A stretch of DNA of 64,000 nt from Parcubacteria group bacterium (GCA_041659685.1 JBAZXV010000001.1:97616-161615), one strand, 5' to 3'. Counted from the stretch's first letter, positions 27,136-37,189 are shown. The notes: generated by a model from the sequence alone, not told the origin. Numbers and translations: made by a program.

Positions 27136-27229
27136 CTCGAACTAATGATTCGTTGAAGGCTCCGTAGATAGCGGATGTGGTTCCATCCGAAAATATCGTT
27201 GTAGTCCGGCTTACCTGATCCTTATCTGC

Positions 27230-27589
27230 TTATACTGCTTGCCGACAAAGGGGACTCCTTCGGCTCTTTTTCCTGGGACTTGATACTGCTCCTTGAGAAA
27301 ATCTGGGCAGCAATGAGGCGCTGGCGCGCCGGTTCTTTACCCAGTCGATGCGGAGCTGATCCCCGGCGGCTGTTCCTCGTGGCACAAATATCTCCACCTG
27401 ATCCTTTTCTTTGTGAACCTTGTCAGGGGTGAAATGGCAGATACTACCGCCTTTTTCCAGCCACCCAGTTAAAATAAGGGTGTTTTCGGAACGGCGGGAA
27501 GCCATTTTCAGGTCAAATCCTGCCTCAGGAAGCGTAATGATGCTTCCTTTTCCCAATGTGAATGTTCCTAACGCTGCCCCTACCATCAA
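27230..27589 (-). CDS. Hypothetical protein
   Basis: GGAGG SD 6 nt before TTG; upstream TTGACA; downstream terminator. Confidence 0.5.
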   Translation of the reverse strand: MMVGAALGTFTLGKGSIITLPEAGFDLKMASRRSENTLILTGWLEKGGSICHFTPDKVHKEKDQVEIFVPRGTAAGDQLRIDWVKNRRASASLLPRFSQGAVSSPRKKSRRSPLCRQAV

Positions 27590-27672
27590 GTGGTACCTCC
27601 AGGTTGGTTTTGGAACTTCAATTGACAGTATACTATGCCAAAAACAGCATATTTGTCAAGTAGTAGTACGAG

Positions 27673-27701
27673 TTGACAAAATGAACTATTTTATCTATAG
27701 T
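27673..27701 (+). promoter_or_regulatory. sigma70 promoter
   Basis: TTGACA-17 bp-TATAGT. Confidence 0.7.
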
Positions 27702-27741
27702 ACAACCACAAAAAAATTTTAACAAGAAGGGAGGACTGGTT

Positions 27742-28119
27742 GTGGCGAGATTAATAAGATTGCCCTCGGCTTTTGTCGGATTGGTCATTTTTGTTGTCCT
27801 TTTCGTTGTTTTGGTTAAGTTCGGCTGGCTATGGAAACCGACCGGAAGCGGGTTCCTTTGGGCCGGACCGGTATTGGGAGACTTTTTGGTTGCCATGTAT
27901 GCATCGGCAGTCTGCGCTCTTGCCTGGTTTCTCTTAAGAGAAAAGTTGGCGGGAGCAATTGTTATGCGGAGGATTATCAAGTTCCGTAATCCGCATTTCT
28001 CTTTTCAGGAAAGACTGGCAGCCTTTGAAGAAGCGAAAGAATGGCTGCCTTATACATCCGGAAAACCGGCTGATGAATTCAAGAAGGTAGAATTGACTGC
28101 CGCGGCAATTTTTGTGTAG
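27742..28119 (+). CDS. Hypothetical two-TM protein
   Basis: AAGGGAGG SD before GTG; two TM segments. Confidence 0.65.
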   Translation: MARLIRLPSAFVGLVIFVVLFVVLVKFGWLWKPTGSGFLWAGPVLGDFLVAMYASAVCALAWFLLREKLAGAIVMRRIIKFRNPHFSFQERLAAFEEAKEWLPYTSGKPADEFKKVELTAAAIFV

Positions 28120-28151
28120 TTTAGCTTCAACTTCACGCAAGGGGGTCAATA

Positions 28152-28496
28152 ATGAAAGCCACCAAACTGGTCGTTATCCGTTCCCTGATTATTTTGGCGG
28201 GAACGTCAATCTTCTATTATTGGGTGGTAAACGGAGGGAAATTTGTTCCTCTGGCGTCTAATTTTAAATTGGTAACGTCCGGGGTAATCGGCCTGGCATT
28301 TGCCCTTCTCCTCGAGATCTATCTGCATTACTGGCATGAGGACAAGGCCGTGGAATTTTATTGTAAATATATCCGACTCGGAAACACCGATGCCGGGAGG
28401 GAGGCATATTATCAATATAAAAACCATACGAAGCATCTTTCGGCGCATGGCATTAGAAATGTTGCCGAAAGAGCAAGCGCCCTCATCGGCATTTGA
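28152..28496 (+). CDS. Hypothetical two-TM protein
   Basis: AAGGGGG SD-like site; two TM segments; same architecture as the upstream gene. Confidence 0.65.
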   Translation: MKATKLVVIRSLIILAGTSIFYYWVVNGGKFVPLASNFKLVTSGVIGLAFALLLEIYLHYWHEDKAVEFYCKYIRLGNTDAGREAYYQYKNHTKHLSAHGIRNVAERASALIGI

Positions 28497-28520
28497 ACCT
28501 TGGCCGTGAAACTATTGACA

Positions 28521-28560
28521 ATAGCCGCTTCGGAGAGGATCCTCTCTCTGAAGCGGCTAT
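28521..28560. terminator. Long terminator-like hairpin between the plus-strand genes and tRNA-Gln
   Basis: ATAGCCGCTTCGGAGAG..CTCTCTGAAGCGGCTAT. Confidence 0.75.
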
Positions 28561-28583
28561 TAATTTAGAAAAAGTTTGCTTTG

Positions 28584-28654
28584 CTCCGGGACTTGGATTC
28601 GAACCAAGGTTACCTGATCCAGAGTCAGGCGTCCTACCACTAGACGATCCCGGA
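28584..28654 (-). tRNA. tRNA-Gln(CTG)
   Basis: TCCGGGA acceptor stem, CCTGA-CTCTGGA-TCAGG anticodon arm, GGTTCGAATCC; CCA not encoded. Confidence 0.95.
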
Positions 28655-28757
28655 ATATTTCATCTGCCTTAAATCCCGCTTTCAAAGATGTCCTATTCCA
28701 CTCGAATGAGGCGCGATATCAGATAAATGCTATACTAAAACGAAAAATAATTCAAGC

Positions 28758-28781
28758 AAAAAAGCCTTCCGGAGGCTTTTT
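28758..28781 (-). terminator. Terminator after ftsX
   Basis: AAAAAAGCCTTCCGGAGGCTTTTT. Confidence 0.65.
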
Positions 28782-28797
28782 CTTTGGCAAGAAATGT

Positions 28798-29706
28798 CTA
28801 TATCTTGAGATAGCGCCGAATTGCCAAAATGCTGCTGGTCACGCCGAGAATCACGCCGAGAAGGAGCTGAACCAGAAAAATAATTATAAAATATTGCGTA
28901 AATCCGTTCTGAATGACATTAACATATCCCGATCCGACGATATAGGGCGTCACAATTTTAACAATCGGAATTAAGAGCAAAATAGCGATACAGGCAGCGA
29001 CTGTGCCGTAAATAATCCCTTCAAAAATAAACGGCAGACGGATATAGGTGTTCGATGCGCCGACAAGCCTCATTATCTCAATCTCCGTTCCGTGGTTGAA
29101 AATTGTCATGCGAATAACGTTGAAGGTTATCAGAATAGCAATAAGTGAAAATAAAACAAAGAGAAATGCCCCGGTTTTGCGGATCGTTTTCAAAGTTGAG
29201 TTAAAGCGGTCAATAACCAGTTTATATTGCTGGTAATTGATACTGGCTATGTTTTCTTTGTAGGCTGAATTTTCTATTGATTTTGCGATAATGTCGTACT
29301 GTTCCGGATTAATCGCTTTTATATTGACGGAAGCCAGGAGCGGATTGTCGTCGACGGCTTCGATTGCGCTTAGGATTTCCGGTTTATTGGCATTGTTTTC
29401 CTTGAATTCCGCGAGAGCCCGGTCTTTGGAAATGATATCGGCGGACTTAACTTCCCTGTAAGTAAGGATTTCGGACCGGAAGGCGGCCATTTGCGCCTCG
29501 GCGACTTCGCCTTTGAAATACACCCGGATATCGATTTTATCCTGGATGTATTTCAGTCCCAAATTGGCAATAATACTGAGGACGATGATTATGCTGATTA
29601 TAAGAAGGGAAAGCGTCAAAATACTGACGGCGGCCACGCTTAAAGACCCGTTTCGGTAAAAATTCTGAAATCCGGTCTTTAGAGTTCTTGAGATGGTTAA
29701 TAGCAT
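28798..29706 (-). CDS. ftsX: Cell division permease FtsX
   Basis: NFYRN, NPL, EIEIMRLVGA..YIRLPFIFEG and RRYL; adjacent to ftsE. Confidence 0.95.
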   Translation of the reverse strand: MLLTISRTLKTGFQNFYRNGSLSVAAVSILTLSLLIISIIIVLSIIANLGLKYIQDKIDIRVYFKGEVAEAQMAAFRSEILTYREVKSADIISKDRALAEFKENNANKPEILSAIEAVDDNPLLASVNIKAINPEQYDIIAKSIENSAYKENIASINYQQYKLVIDRFNSTLKTIRKTGAFLFVLFSLIAILITFNVIRMTIFNHGTEIEIMRLVGASNTYIRLPFIFEGIIYGTVAACIAILLLIPIVKIVTPYIVGSGYVNVIQNGFTQYFIIIFLVQLLLGVILGVTSSILAIRRYLKI

Positions 29707-29721
29707 ATGGATGGAAAAAAA

Positions 29722-30411
29722 TTATATGGCATATCTTCCTTTGCTATGATCGCGGATTACCCTTCCCTGATCAAGGGTAATTACGCGCCGCTTGACGTTA
29801 TTGACTATATCTTTGTCATGGGTGGCCAAAATTACGGTTGTTCCGAGCTTATTGATCTTAAGGAGTAGTTGGATTATCCCCCAGGCGCTGATGGGATCCA
29901 AATTTCCCGTCGGCTCATCGGCAATTATAAGGGCCGGCCGGTGGACAAGCGCCCGCGCTATCGCCACTCTTTGCTGTTCCCCTCCCGAAATTTCATCAGG
30001 ATAGCTTTCTATTTTGTTCGAAAGTCCGACAATTTCAAGTATCTGAGGGACGCTACTGTGAATTTCCCTTGTCGGATATCCGGAGACCTCGAGAGCAAAA
30101 GCCACATTTTCATAGACGGTTTTTTTTCTCAGAAGCTTGAAATCCTGAAAAATCGTGCCAATGCGGCGGCGATGGTATGGAAGTTTTTTCGAGTTCAGTT
30201 TTGTGATGTCCTGCTCTTCAAATAAAATCTGGCCGGATGTCGGCTTTTCTTCGGCATAGATCAGCTTCAAAATGGTTGATTTCCCCGCTCCGCTGTGTCC
30301 GACAAAAGAAACAAATTCTTCTTTCTCAATCTTAAAACTGACGTTATCCAGGGCGGTAGTCTGGGTCATTCCGCTTCCGTATGATTTTTTAACATCTATA
30401 AATTCGATCAT
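29722..30411 (-). CDS. ftsE: Cell division ATP-binding protein FtsE
   Basis: GHSGAGKST, FQDFKLL, SGGEQQR and ADEPTGNLD. Confidence 0.95.
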   Translation of the reverse strand: MIEFIDVKKSYGSGMTQTTALDNVSFKIEKEEFVSFVGHSGAGKSTILKLIYAEEKPTSGQILFEEQDITKLNSKKLPYHRRRIGTIFQDFKLLRKKTVYENVAFALEVSGYPTREIHSSVPQILEIVGLSNKIESYPDEISGGEQQRVAIARALVHRPALIIADEPTGNLDPISAWGIIQLLLKINKLGTTVILATHDKDIVNNVKRRVITLDQGRVIRDHSKGRYAI

Positions 30412-30454
30412 TGGATTGCTGGCATCCTAATATTCAAAAAATATTCCTCGATAA

Positions 30455-31538
30455 TTATTTTTGCTTTAAATATGCCTCAATAAAGTCATCTAATTTTCCG
30501 TCAAGCACTTCCTCGGGATTTTTCGATTCATGCTTTGTGCGGTGGTCCTTCACGAGCTTGTAGGGATGGAGAACATATGATCTTATCTGGCTTCCCCACT
30601 GAACCAATGCGTGTTCGCCTTTCAGTTTTTCTTTTTCTTTTTTCCTGTCTTCCTCGTTTTTTTGGAATAACTTTGCTTTGATAATTTTCAGCGCCTGCTC
30701 TTTGTTTTGAAGCTGGCTTCGTTCGCTTTGGCAGGAAACTACGATGCCGGACGCAAGATGGGTAATTCTGACGGCGCTGTCGGTCTTATTCACATGCTGA
30801 CCGCCGGCTCCGCTGGCCCGGAAGGTGTCTATTCGAAGATCGCTCGGCTTTATTTCCACTTTCTCTATTTTATCAATTTCCGGCAAAACTTCGACCAGGG
30901 CAAACGATGTCTGCCTTAAATTATTGGCGTTGAACGGCGACAGCCTCACTAGCCGGTGAACCCCGGCTTCCGTCTTGAGGTAGCCATAGGCCAACTTCCC
31001 GATTATTTCAATTGTAACGCTTTTTATCCCGGCTTCCTGCCCTCGTGATTCAGAAATTATCTTTGTTTTCCAGCTCTTTCGTTCGAAAAATCTCAAATAC
31101 ATCCTAAGAAGCATCTCTGCCCAGTCCTGGGCGTCGGCTCCGCCGGTTCCGCTGTGAATCGCCAGTATGGCATTCCCCCGGTCGTATTTATCCCCGAATA
31201 AAAGCTCAAATTCAATTCCTTCAAGAATTTTTTCCGCTTGGCCGATCTGTCCGGTAATTTCTTTTTTTATTTTCTCATCGCCCGCGGATATTCCGGCTAT
31301 TTCCCTTAAGTTATCCACTTCAAATTCCAGATCGCTAAGCTTTTTTATGTCAGATCGCAAAGTTTCAAGCTCCTGCATTATTTTTTTTGCCTCTTCGGTG
31401 TCTTGCCAAAAATTTTCTTTTTTGCTGATTTCTTCCAATTCGCTTATCTTCGCCCTTTTTTCGGGTAAGTCAAAGGCGGTCGCTTACGGAAGCGAGTCTC
31501 AATAATAAATCATCAATTTTTTTTGCGATTTCCTGCAT
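30455..31538 (-). CDS. prfB: Peptide chain release factor 2 with a programmed +1 frameshift
   Basis: SPF and GGQ motifs; ATG at 31538, 22 codons, then CTT-TGA-C at 31475-31469. Confidence 0.96.
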
Positions 31539-31643
31539 GAAGAAATAATAACACAAACGGGATTGTGTTGCCAGAAGTCAATCCGCTGATATATAATGTT
31601 GATGTTATTAAGACAGCCTCCGGGCCCGGTATCGCCTGACCGA

Positions 31644-31714
31644 GCGGAATTAGTATAGTGGCAGTACGTCAGCTTCCCAAGCTGAAGACGCGAGTTCGAT
31701 TCTCGTATTCCGCT
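31644..31714 (+). tRNA. tRNA-Gly(CCC)
   Basis: GCGGAAT/ATTCCGC acceptor stem; TCAGC-TTCCCAA-GCTGA anticodon arm. Confidence 0.95.
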
Positions 31715-31769
31715 CAGTCGAGCGATGGCGGACGATTTTCAGGCCGTTTTTTTGGAAAATTATTATGAC

Positions 31770-31842
31770 GCCCACATAGCTCAGCTGGTAGAGCAATGCT
31801 TTCGTAAAGCAGAGGTCGTCGGTTCGACTCCGACTGTGGGCT
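31770..31842 (+). tRNA. tRNA-Thr(CGT)
   Basis: GCCCACA/TGTGGGC acceptor stem; TTCGTAA loop; GGTTCGACTCC. Confidence 0.95.
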
Positions 31843-31846
31843 CACA

Positions 31847-31875
31847 AAAAAACGGCCTTTTCAAGGGCCGTTTTT
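31847..31875. terminator. Bidirectional terminator
   Basis: AAAAACGGCCTT..AGGGCCGTTTTT. Confidence 0.75.
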
Positions 31876-31891
31876 GAATAAATATTTTCGA

Positions 31892-32941
31892 CTAAAATAT
31901 TGAGGGATCGCCCTCGGAATTCGCTTCCAGATTATCTTCAAATTGCCGAAGATCCGCATTGCTGAACTCGATCCGGGCATTGTTCGCGCTCCATTGATAA
32001 CCGCTGATAAAAACAAACACCTGATCTTTTTTTGTTTCGTCCTTCAGCCAGTCGGAAAAAGTGGTTTTTTTGACGAAAATTTGGCGGAGGTGAACAAGAT
32101 CTTCTCCGTTATCGCTCTTTTTTTCCTCCAGTTTTATTATGTGAAAGCCAAGCGGACTTTCTATTGCCCCGCTAACGTCTCCGGGTTTCATTGAAAAGGC
32201 GACTTCCGCCAGTTCGGGTATGAGCTGGTCCTTTGTCGACCAGCCGAGATCCCCTTTATTTTCGGAGCTCTGTCCTTCGGAAGTTTCAGCGGCAACTTTG
32301 GAAAAATCCTCTTTTTTTGCGGCAACCCTTTCGTAAAGGGAGTCTATTTTATCCTTTTGGACGGATGTGTCGGTTTCCGACTCGAATGCTTCGGTTAGTT
32401 TTTCGGCGTACATTTCTGGTTTTACCACTTTTTGCTTGAAATCATCAAGCGTCCAGCCGTAAAGTCTTGCCAATTCGCTCATTAAATTCTGACGATTGCC
32501 GAACTGCTCGATATTGCTGTCAACTTCCTGATCGATTGTGGAATCGCTGATATATATTTTCCTTTTTTTGGCCAGGGATTCGATAACTTTGTTTTCAATC
32601 AATTTGTTGAGGATTTCTTTTTCTTTAACTTTCAGCCGTTTCTTTCCCTGATCGGTTGAAAAATCAATTCTCATGCCCAATTTTTCGAAATCCTGCGATT
32701 CATAAAATTTCTGGACAGACTTTTCATCTTCTTTCATTTCGCCGACCGGGATAATTCCGGCTCCCTTGATATAAACAGCCGGAAAGGGAATAATTTTTTC
32801 GGTAATCTGCATTAAGCGGTTATCCCAGTTGAACTTATAAATTCCCAGAACCAGCGCAGAAAGAACCAGAAAAATAAAAACCGCCGCCGATGCCACGACA
32901 ATTAAAAGCCTTAAATGCCCCTTTTTGTTTTTTTTGCTCAT
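31892..32941 (-). CDS. PrsA/SurA-like parvulin peptidyl-prolyl isomerase
   Basis: N-terminal TM; FSKVA..S..GDLGW..AF.MKPG.VS..ESPLGFHIIKL. Confidence 0.88.
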   Translation of the reverse strand: MSKKNKKGHLRLLIVVASAAVFIFLVLSALVLGIYKFNWDNRLMQITEKIIPFPAVYIKGAGIIPVGEMKEDEKSVQKFYESQDFEKLGMRIDFSTDQGKKRLKVKEKEILNKLIENKVIESLAKKRKIYISDSTIDQEVDSNIEQFGNRQNLMSELARLYGWTLDDFKQKVVKPEMYAEKLTEAFESETDTSVQKDKIDSLYERVAAKKEDFSKVAAETSEGQSSENKGDLGWSTKDQLIPELAEVAFSMKPGDVSGAIESPLGFHIIKLEEKKSDNGEDLVHLRQIFVKKTTFSDWLKDETKKDQVFVFISGYQWSANNARIEFSNADLRQFEDNLEANSEGDPSIF

Positions 32942-32957
32942 ATAAATTAATTTTAGG

Positions 32958-33377
32958 CTAATTTCTTTGGGTAAAGAAGAATTTCAGCCATTTCTGCCAA
33001 TTCGGGGAAGTATCGTCTTTGGGAGAGGATAAATCATTTTCCGTCGCCGGTTTCTGATCCGTATTTTCTGATTCTTTGCGCAAAACAACCATCTGCTCAT
33101 TTTCTTTTTGAAGATTCAGTTTTTCTCTGGCTTCTTTTTCCTGGAATTCCTGGGTTGAAAAATAAGCAATCAGGTTATTAAGCTCGCCGTTTTCCTGGTT
33201 GAGCTTTTTGACTTGAGTTTGGAGACCTTCGATTTCCTTTTGGACCTGTCTTTTTTTATAGGTTTCTTTTCCGAGCGAAATTCCAATTGAAACCAAAACG
33301 GCAAGTCCGGCGACAAAAAAAAGTCCGGAAATTATTTTGTTACTCGCTTTTGTTTTGTCATTATTCCCTCGTGCCAC
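32958..33377 (-). CDS. FtsB/DivIC-like septum formation initiator
   Basis: TM plus coiled coil plus EKEAREKLNL..E. Confidence 0.8.
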   Translation of the reverse strand: MARGNNDKTKASNKIISGLFFVAGLAVLVSIGISLGKETYKKRQVQKEIEGLQTQVKKLNQENGELNNLIAYFSTQEFQEKEAREKLNLQKENEQMVVLRKESENTDQKPATENDLSSPKDDTSPNWQKWLKFFFTQRN

Positions 33378-33400
33378 TATAAATAGATCTAAAAATTTTC

Positions 33401-33511
33401 TTAGTAATTTCCAAACAGAGGAGCGACAGTAAAAGCAATCATTGAAAGGACCGCCAGAAGCGAGATTACAACCCAGATTGTTTTTAAATTTTTTCGGTGC
33501 TTAGCCTTCAT
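33401..33511 (-). CDS. Small single-TM protein (36 aa, not in the ORF track)
   Basis: MKAKHRKNLKTIWVVISLLAVLSMIAFTVAPLFGNY*. Confidence 0.55.
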   Translation of the reverse strand: MKAKHRKNLKTIWVVISLLAVLSMIAFTVAPLFGNY

Positions 33512-33631
33512 TGAGAGATAATTTGATGAATAATAAATTTAGTATGTTTCGAAAGCCGGAATCATTCCCGATAATCTGCCATGCCTTATTTTTCGGGAAA
33601 TTGACTGCATTTAGGCGTTTTTATTATAACA

Positions 33632-35449
33632 CTATTTTCTTAAAACCGCCAAAAAAGCTGTGCTGGGGATGTCCACCTTTCCGGAAACGACCATCTTTTT
33701 CTTCCCTTTCTTTTGTTTTTCAAGAAGCTTCCTTTTTCGCGTCACATCCCCTCCATACAGTTTCGCCGTCACGTCTTTACGGAAAGCTTTGATGGTTTCC
33801 CGGGCGATAATTTTCCCGCCGATCGCGGCCTGAATAGCCACCTGGAAATTTTGCCTGGGTATGGCGTTTTTAAGTTTTTCGACAGTCGCTTTTCCTTCTG
33901 AAAGGGATTTCTCCTGAGGCACGATTCTTGAAAAGGCGTCAATGCTGTCGCCGGCCACCAAAATATCCAGCTTAACAAGATTATTCGGGCGATAGCCGAT
34001 AACCTCGTAATTCATGGAAGCAAAGCCGCTCGATACGCTTTTTAACCGGTCATGAAGATCAATAATAACGTCGGTTAAGGGGGCCTCAAAAGTCATAATC
34101 AACCGCTCGCTGTCGATATATTCGGTATTTTTATATTCGGCTCTCGTATTGTTCATAAGATCCATCAGTCCGCCCAAATATGACGATGGAGATACTATAT
34201 CCAATTTTACATACGGTTCCTCGATAGATTCGATTACGGACGGATCCGGCAGGTCAAGGGGTGAAAAAACTATAATTTTTTCTTTTCCGCCCTTTATATT
34301 CACTTCATAGACCACGCTGGGGGTGGTAATTACCGGCTCGATCTCAAATTCGCGCCTCAGTCTTTCCTGAATAATTTCAAGATGAAGAAGGCCCAGAAAG
34401 CCGCATCGAAACCCCCTGCCGAGCGCCTGGTTGCTTTCCGGCTCGAAAGTGAAGGCGGCATCATTAAGCTTGAGTTTTCCAAGGGCGTCACGCATAAAAT
34501 TATAATCATCCCCTTCTGCCGGATAAAGGCTCGCATAAACCATTGGCACCACTTCCTTATATCCGGGAAGAGACTCGACTTCTTCCGCCGCGCTTTGAAG
34601 GGTTATAGTGTCCCCTACGCGGCAATGCTCAACACTCTTGAATCCGGTTGCGATGTAACCGATTGTTCCGGCCGACAAAATCTGTCCCTTTCTCAGGTCG
34701 GGAGAAAAATAGCCCACCTCGATGACCGAGCTATGCTGTTTTGTGGCCATGGTCAGGATCTTGTCCTCTGATTTTATTTCTCCGTCAATAATTTTTGCGT
34801 AAGCCAAAACTCCCTTGAATATGTCATATTTTGAATCAAAAATAAGGGCGCGGAGAGGTTTTTTGGGATCTCCCGAAGGAAACGGAATTTTTTTCACTAT
34901 AGCCTCGATTATCGCCTCAACTCCCTGCCCCGTTTTTCCGCTGGCTTCAAGGATTTCATCCTCTTTGCAGCCGAGAAGATGGATGATTTCACCTTTCACT
35001 TTTTCAACTTGGGCGTTGGGCAGATCAATCTTGTTAATCACCGGAATAATCTCAAGACCCTGCTCAACGGCCTGATACAGGTTGGCAACTGTTTGCGCCT
35101 GAACGCCCTTAGTGGCGTCTACCAAAAGAACAGCGCCCTCAACCGCCGCCAGGGAACGCGAAACCTCATAGCCGAAATCAACATGACCGGGAGTGTCAAT
35201 CAGATTTAGGATATATTTCTGGCGGGAATCGGAAACGGGATCTTTAATTTCGAAATTCATTCTTACCGGCTGGAGCTTTATTGTTATTCCCCTTTCTCTT
35301 TCCAAATCCATAGTGTCAAGAAGCTGTTCCTTCATTTTTCGCTGTTCCACGGTTCGGGTAACTTCAAGCATCCGATCGGCAAGAGTCGATTTTCCATGGT
35401 CTATATGGGCTATGATGCAAAAATTTCTTATCTTTTCTTGTTCAGTCAT
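33632..35449 (-). CDS. lepA: Elongation factor 4
   Basis: IRNFCIIAHIDHGKSTLADR, GFRCGFLGLLH and GGDVTRKRKLL. Confidence 0.98.
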   Translation of the reverse strand: MTEQEKIRNFCIIAHIDHGKSTLADRMLEVTRTVEQRKMKEQLLDTMDLERERGITIKLQPVRMNFEIKDPVSDSRQKYILNLIDTPGHVDFGYEVSRSLAAVEGAVLLVDATKGVQAQTVANLYQAVEQGLEIIPVINKIDLPNAQVEKVKGEIIHLLGCKEDEILEASGKTGQGVEAIIEAIVKKIPFPSGDPKKPLRALIFDSKYDIFKGVLAYAKIIDGEIKSEDKILTMATKQHSSVIEVGYFSPDLRKGQILSAGTIGYIATGFKSVEHCRVGDTITLQSAAEEVESLPGYKEVVPMVYASLYPAEGDDYNFMRDALGKLKLNDAAFTFEPESNQALGRGFRCGFLGLLHLEIIQERLRREFEIEPVITTPSVVYEVNIKGGKEKIIVFSPLDLPDPSVIESIEEPYVKLDIVSPSSYLGGLMDLMNNTRAEYKNTEYIDSERLIMTFEAPLTDVIIDLHDRLKSVSSGFASMNYEVIGYRPNNLVKLDILVAGDSIDAFSRIVPQEKSLSEGKATVEKLKNAIPRQNFQVAIQAAIGGKIIARETIKAFRKDVTAKLYGGDVTRKRKLLEKQKKGKKKMVVSGKVDIPSTAFLAVLRK

Positions 35450-35539
35450 ATACTATAATCTAGCTTATTTTCATCTTTTTGCAAATGAAAAACGTCCCGT
35501 TTTGCGGAACGCATTAATTTTTGGTTCCAACTTTTTTCA

Positions 35540-37189
35540 TTATACTCCGCTGGCTTCCGTCGGATCTTCCGGAATGGTTTGTTTGAATCTGAGGAGTTTT
35601 GCGGAGAGAAACTTTTTAATGAGATATAATTCTTCCAGTTTAAAGAGGCGGGCAACCAGAAGATAAACAGAAATGCCGATGAATCCGCAAAATGCCATCT
35701 GAGAAAAAACTCCGATGAATGTATCGACGTTAATATAAGGCCGGATCAGATACTTTGAAATCTGCGTCGCAAATCCGGCAGAAAGCGCTGAAACGGATAT
35801 ATACAAAGTTGTCATAATGATTTTTTGATCATCAAGATTTTTGAGTTTGATCCGAAGAACCAGCAGCAGAAGAAACATATTGGCCAAACTGGAGAGGGAA
35901 AACGCCCAGACGAGGCCCAAAATTCCAAAGTATTTCGACAGGACAAGGGCTGATATAAGATTGACCGCTTCGCTCGCAATTCCGGTAAGAAAAGGAATTT
36001 TTGTGTCATGAAGGGCATAAAACGATCTGGCTAAAAGCGGAATGAGACTTTGGGCGAACAAACTTACGGCAAATATGCCGAGCGACTGGAATGTAAGGAT
36101 CGTGTCTTCCCAGTCGAATTTTCCACTGCCCAGAACGACGCGGACGATTTGCGCGCGGAGGACCAGAATTAAAACGCTCGCAGGAATGACAAAAAAAATA
36201 ATCTGGCGAAACGTTTGGGAAAAACTGGTTATAAATTCTTCCCGATTTTCCCTTGCGGCATAATGCGAAAGGGTCGGAAATACGGCAAGAGCAAAGGGTA
36301 TCGCAAATATTCCCACTGGAAAACTCTGCAAATTATTCGCAAAATTAAAGATTGACAGACTGCCGGCGGCGAGAGTCGACGCGATTATGGTGACTACCAG
36401 CAGATTAATCTGAGTGACGGCGAGCCCAAGGGTTCTCGGAATCATTAATCTTATGACTCTTCTGAAGTTTGGATTCTTGAAATCAGCTGTCGGGTGAAAC
36501 TTGAATCCGCTCAGCCTGACGGCCGGGTATTGGATCAGCATATGCATCGCCGCTCCCAAAACCACGCCGAAAGCAAGACCGATTACTCCCATAAATGGGA
36601 CAAAAAACAAGGCGCCGACAATAATTCCCAGGTTGTATAATATCGGCGCCAAAGAATAAATCAAAAATCTCTTGAACGAATTAAGGATTCCGCCGAAAAT
36701 GCCGCTGATGCCAAGAAAAATCGGGCTCAAAAACATTATGCGGGTTAGGGTTATCACTTGCGACAATTTTTCTCCGGAAAAACCGGGAGTAATAATTTTC
36801 ATTAACCAGGGAGTAAGCAATGCCAGAATTCCGCTGATTAAGATGAGGATGATAACAGCCGCACTCAATAAATTATCGGCTAATTTCCAGGCATCTTCCT
36901 TTTTTTCCTTGGCGATAAGGCCGGTGAAAACAGGAATAAACGCTGCGCTCAATGCGCCCAGTATCAGCAGATTATAGATAAGGTCTGGTATCCTGAAAGC
37001 GGCGTAATAGATGTCCAAAGTGTCGCCGGCCCCGAACTGGGAAGCCAGAATGCGATCGCGAAGGAGTCCGAGAACCCGGCTCAGAATTCCCGCTATGGAA
37101 ATAATCAGCGCCGCTGAAGCAACGGATGATGAAGGCTGAAAATTGATGATTTTTTGACTTATCTTTTTGATCATTTTAATTTCTTTCAA
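35540..37189 (-). CDS. murJ: Lipid II flippase MurJ
   Basis: SRVLGLLRD, AAFRIPD, GALSAAFIP and FYALHDTKIP. Confidence 0.95.
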   Translation of the reverse strand: MKEIKMIKKISQKIINFQPSSSVASAALIISIAGILSRVLGLLRDRILASQFGAGDTLDIYYAAFRIPDLIYNLLILGALSAAFIPVFTGLIAKEKKEDAWKLADNLLSAAVIILILISGILALLTPWLMKIITPGFSGEKLSQVITLTRIMFLSPIFLGISGIFGGILNSFKRFLIYSLAPILYNLGIIVGALFFVPFMGVIGLAFGVVLGAAMHMLIQYPAVRLSGFKFHPTADFKNPNFRRVIRLMIPRTLGLAVTQINLLVVTIIASTLAAGSLSIFNFANNLQSFPVGIFAIPFALAVFPTLSHYAARENREEFITSFSQTFRQIIFFVIPASVLILVLRAQIVRVVLGSGKFDWEDTILTFQSLGIFAVSLFAQSLIPLLARSFYALHDTKIPFLTGIASEAVNLISALVLSKYFGILGLVWAFSLSSLANMFLLLLVLRIKLKNLDDQKIIMTTLYISVSALSAGFATQISKYLIRPYINVDTFIGVFSQMAFCGFIGISVYLLVARLFKLEELYLIKKFLSAKLLRFKQTIPEDPTEASGV

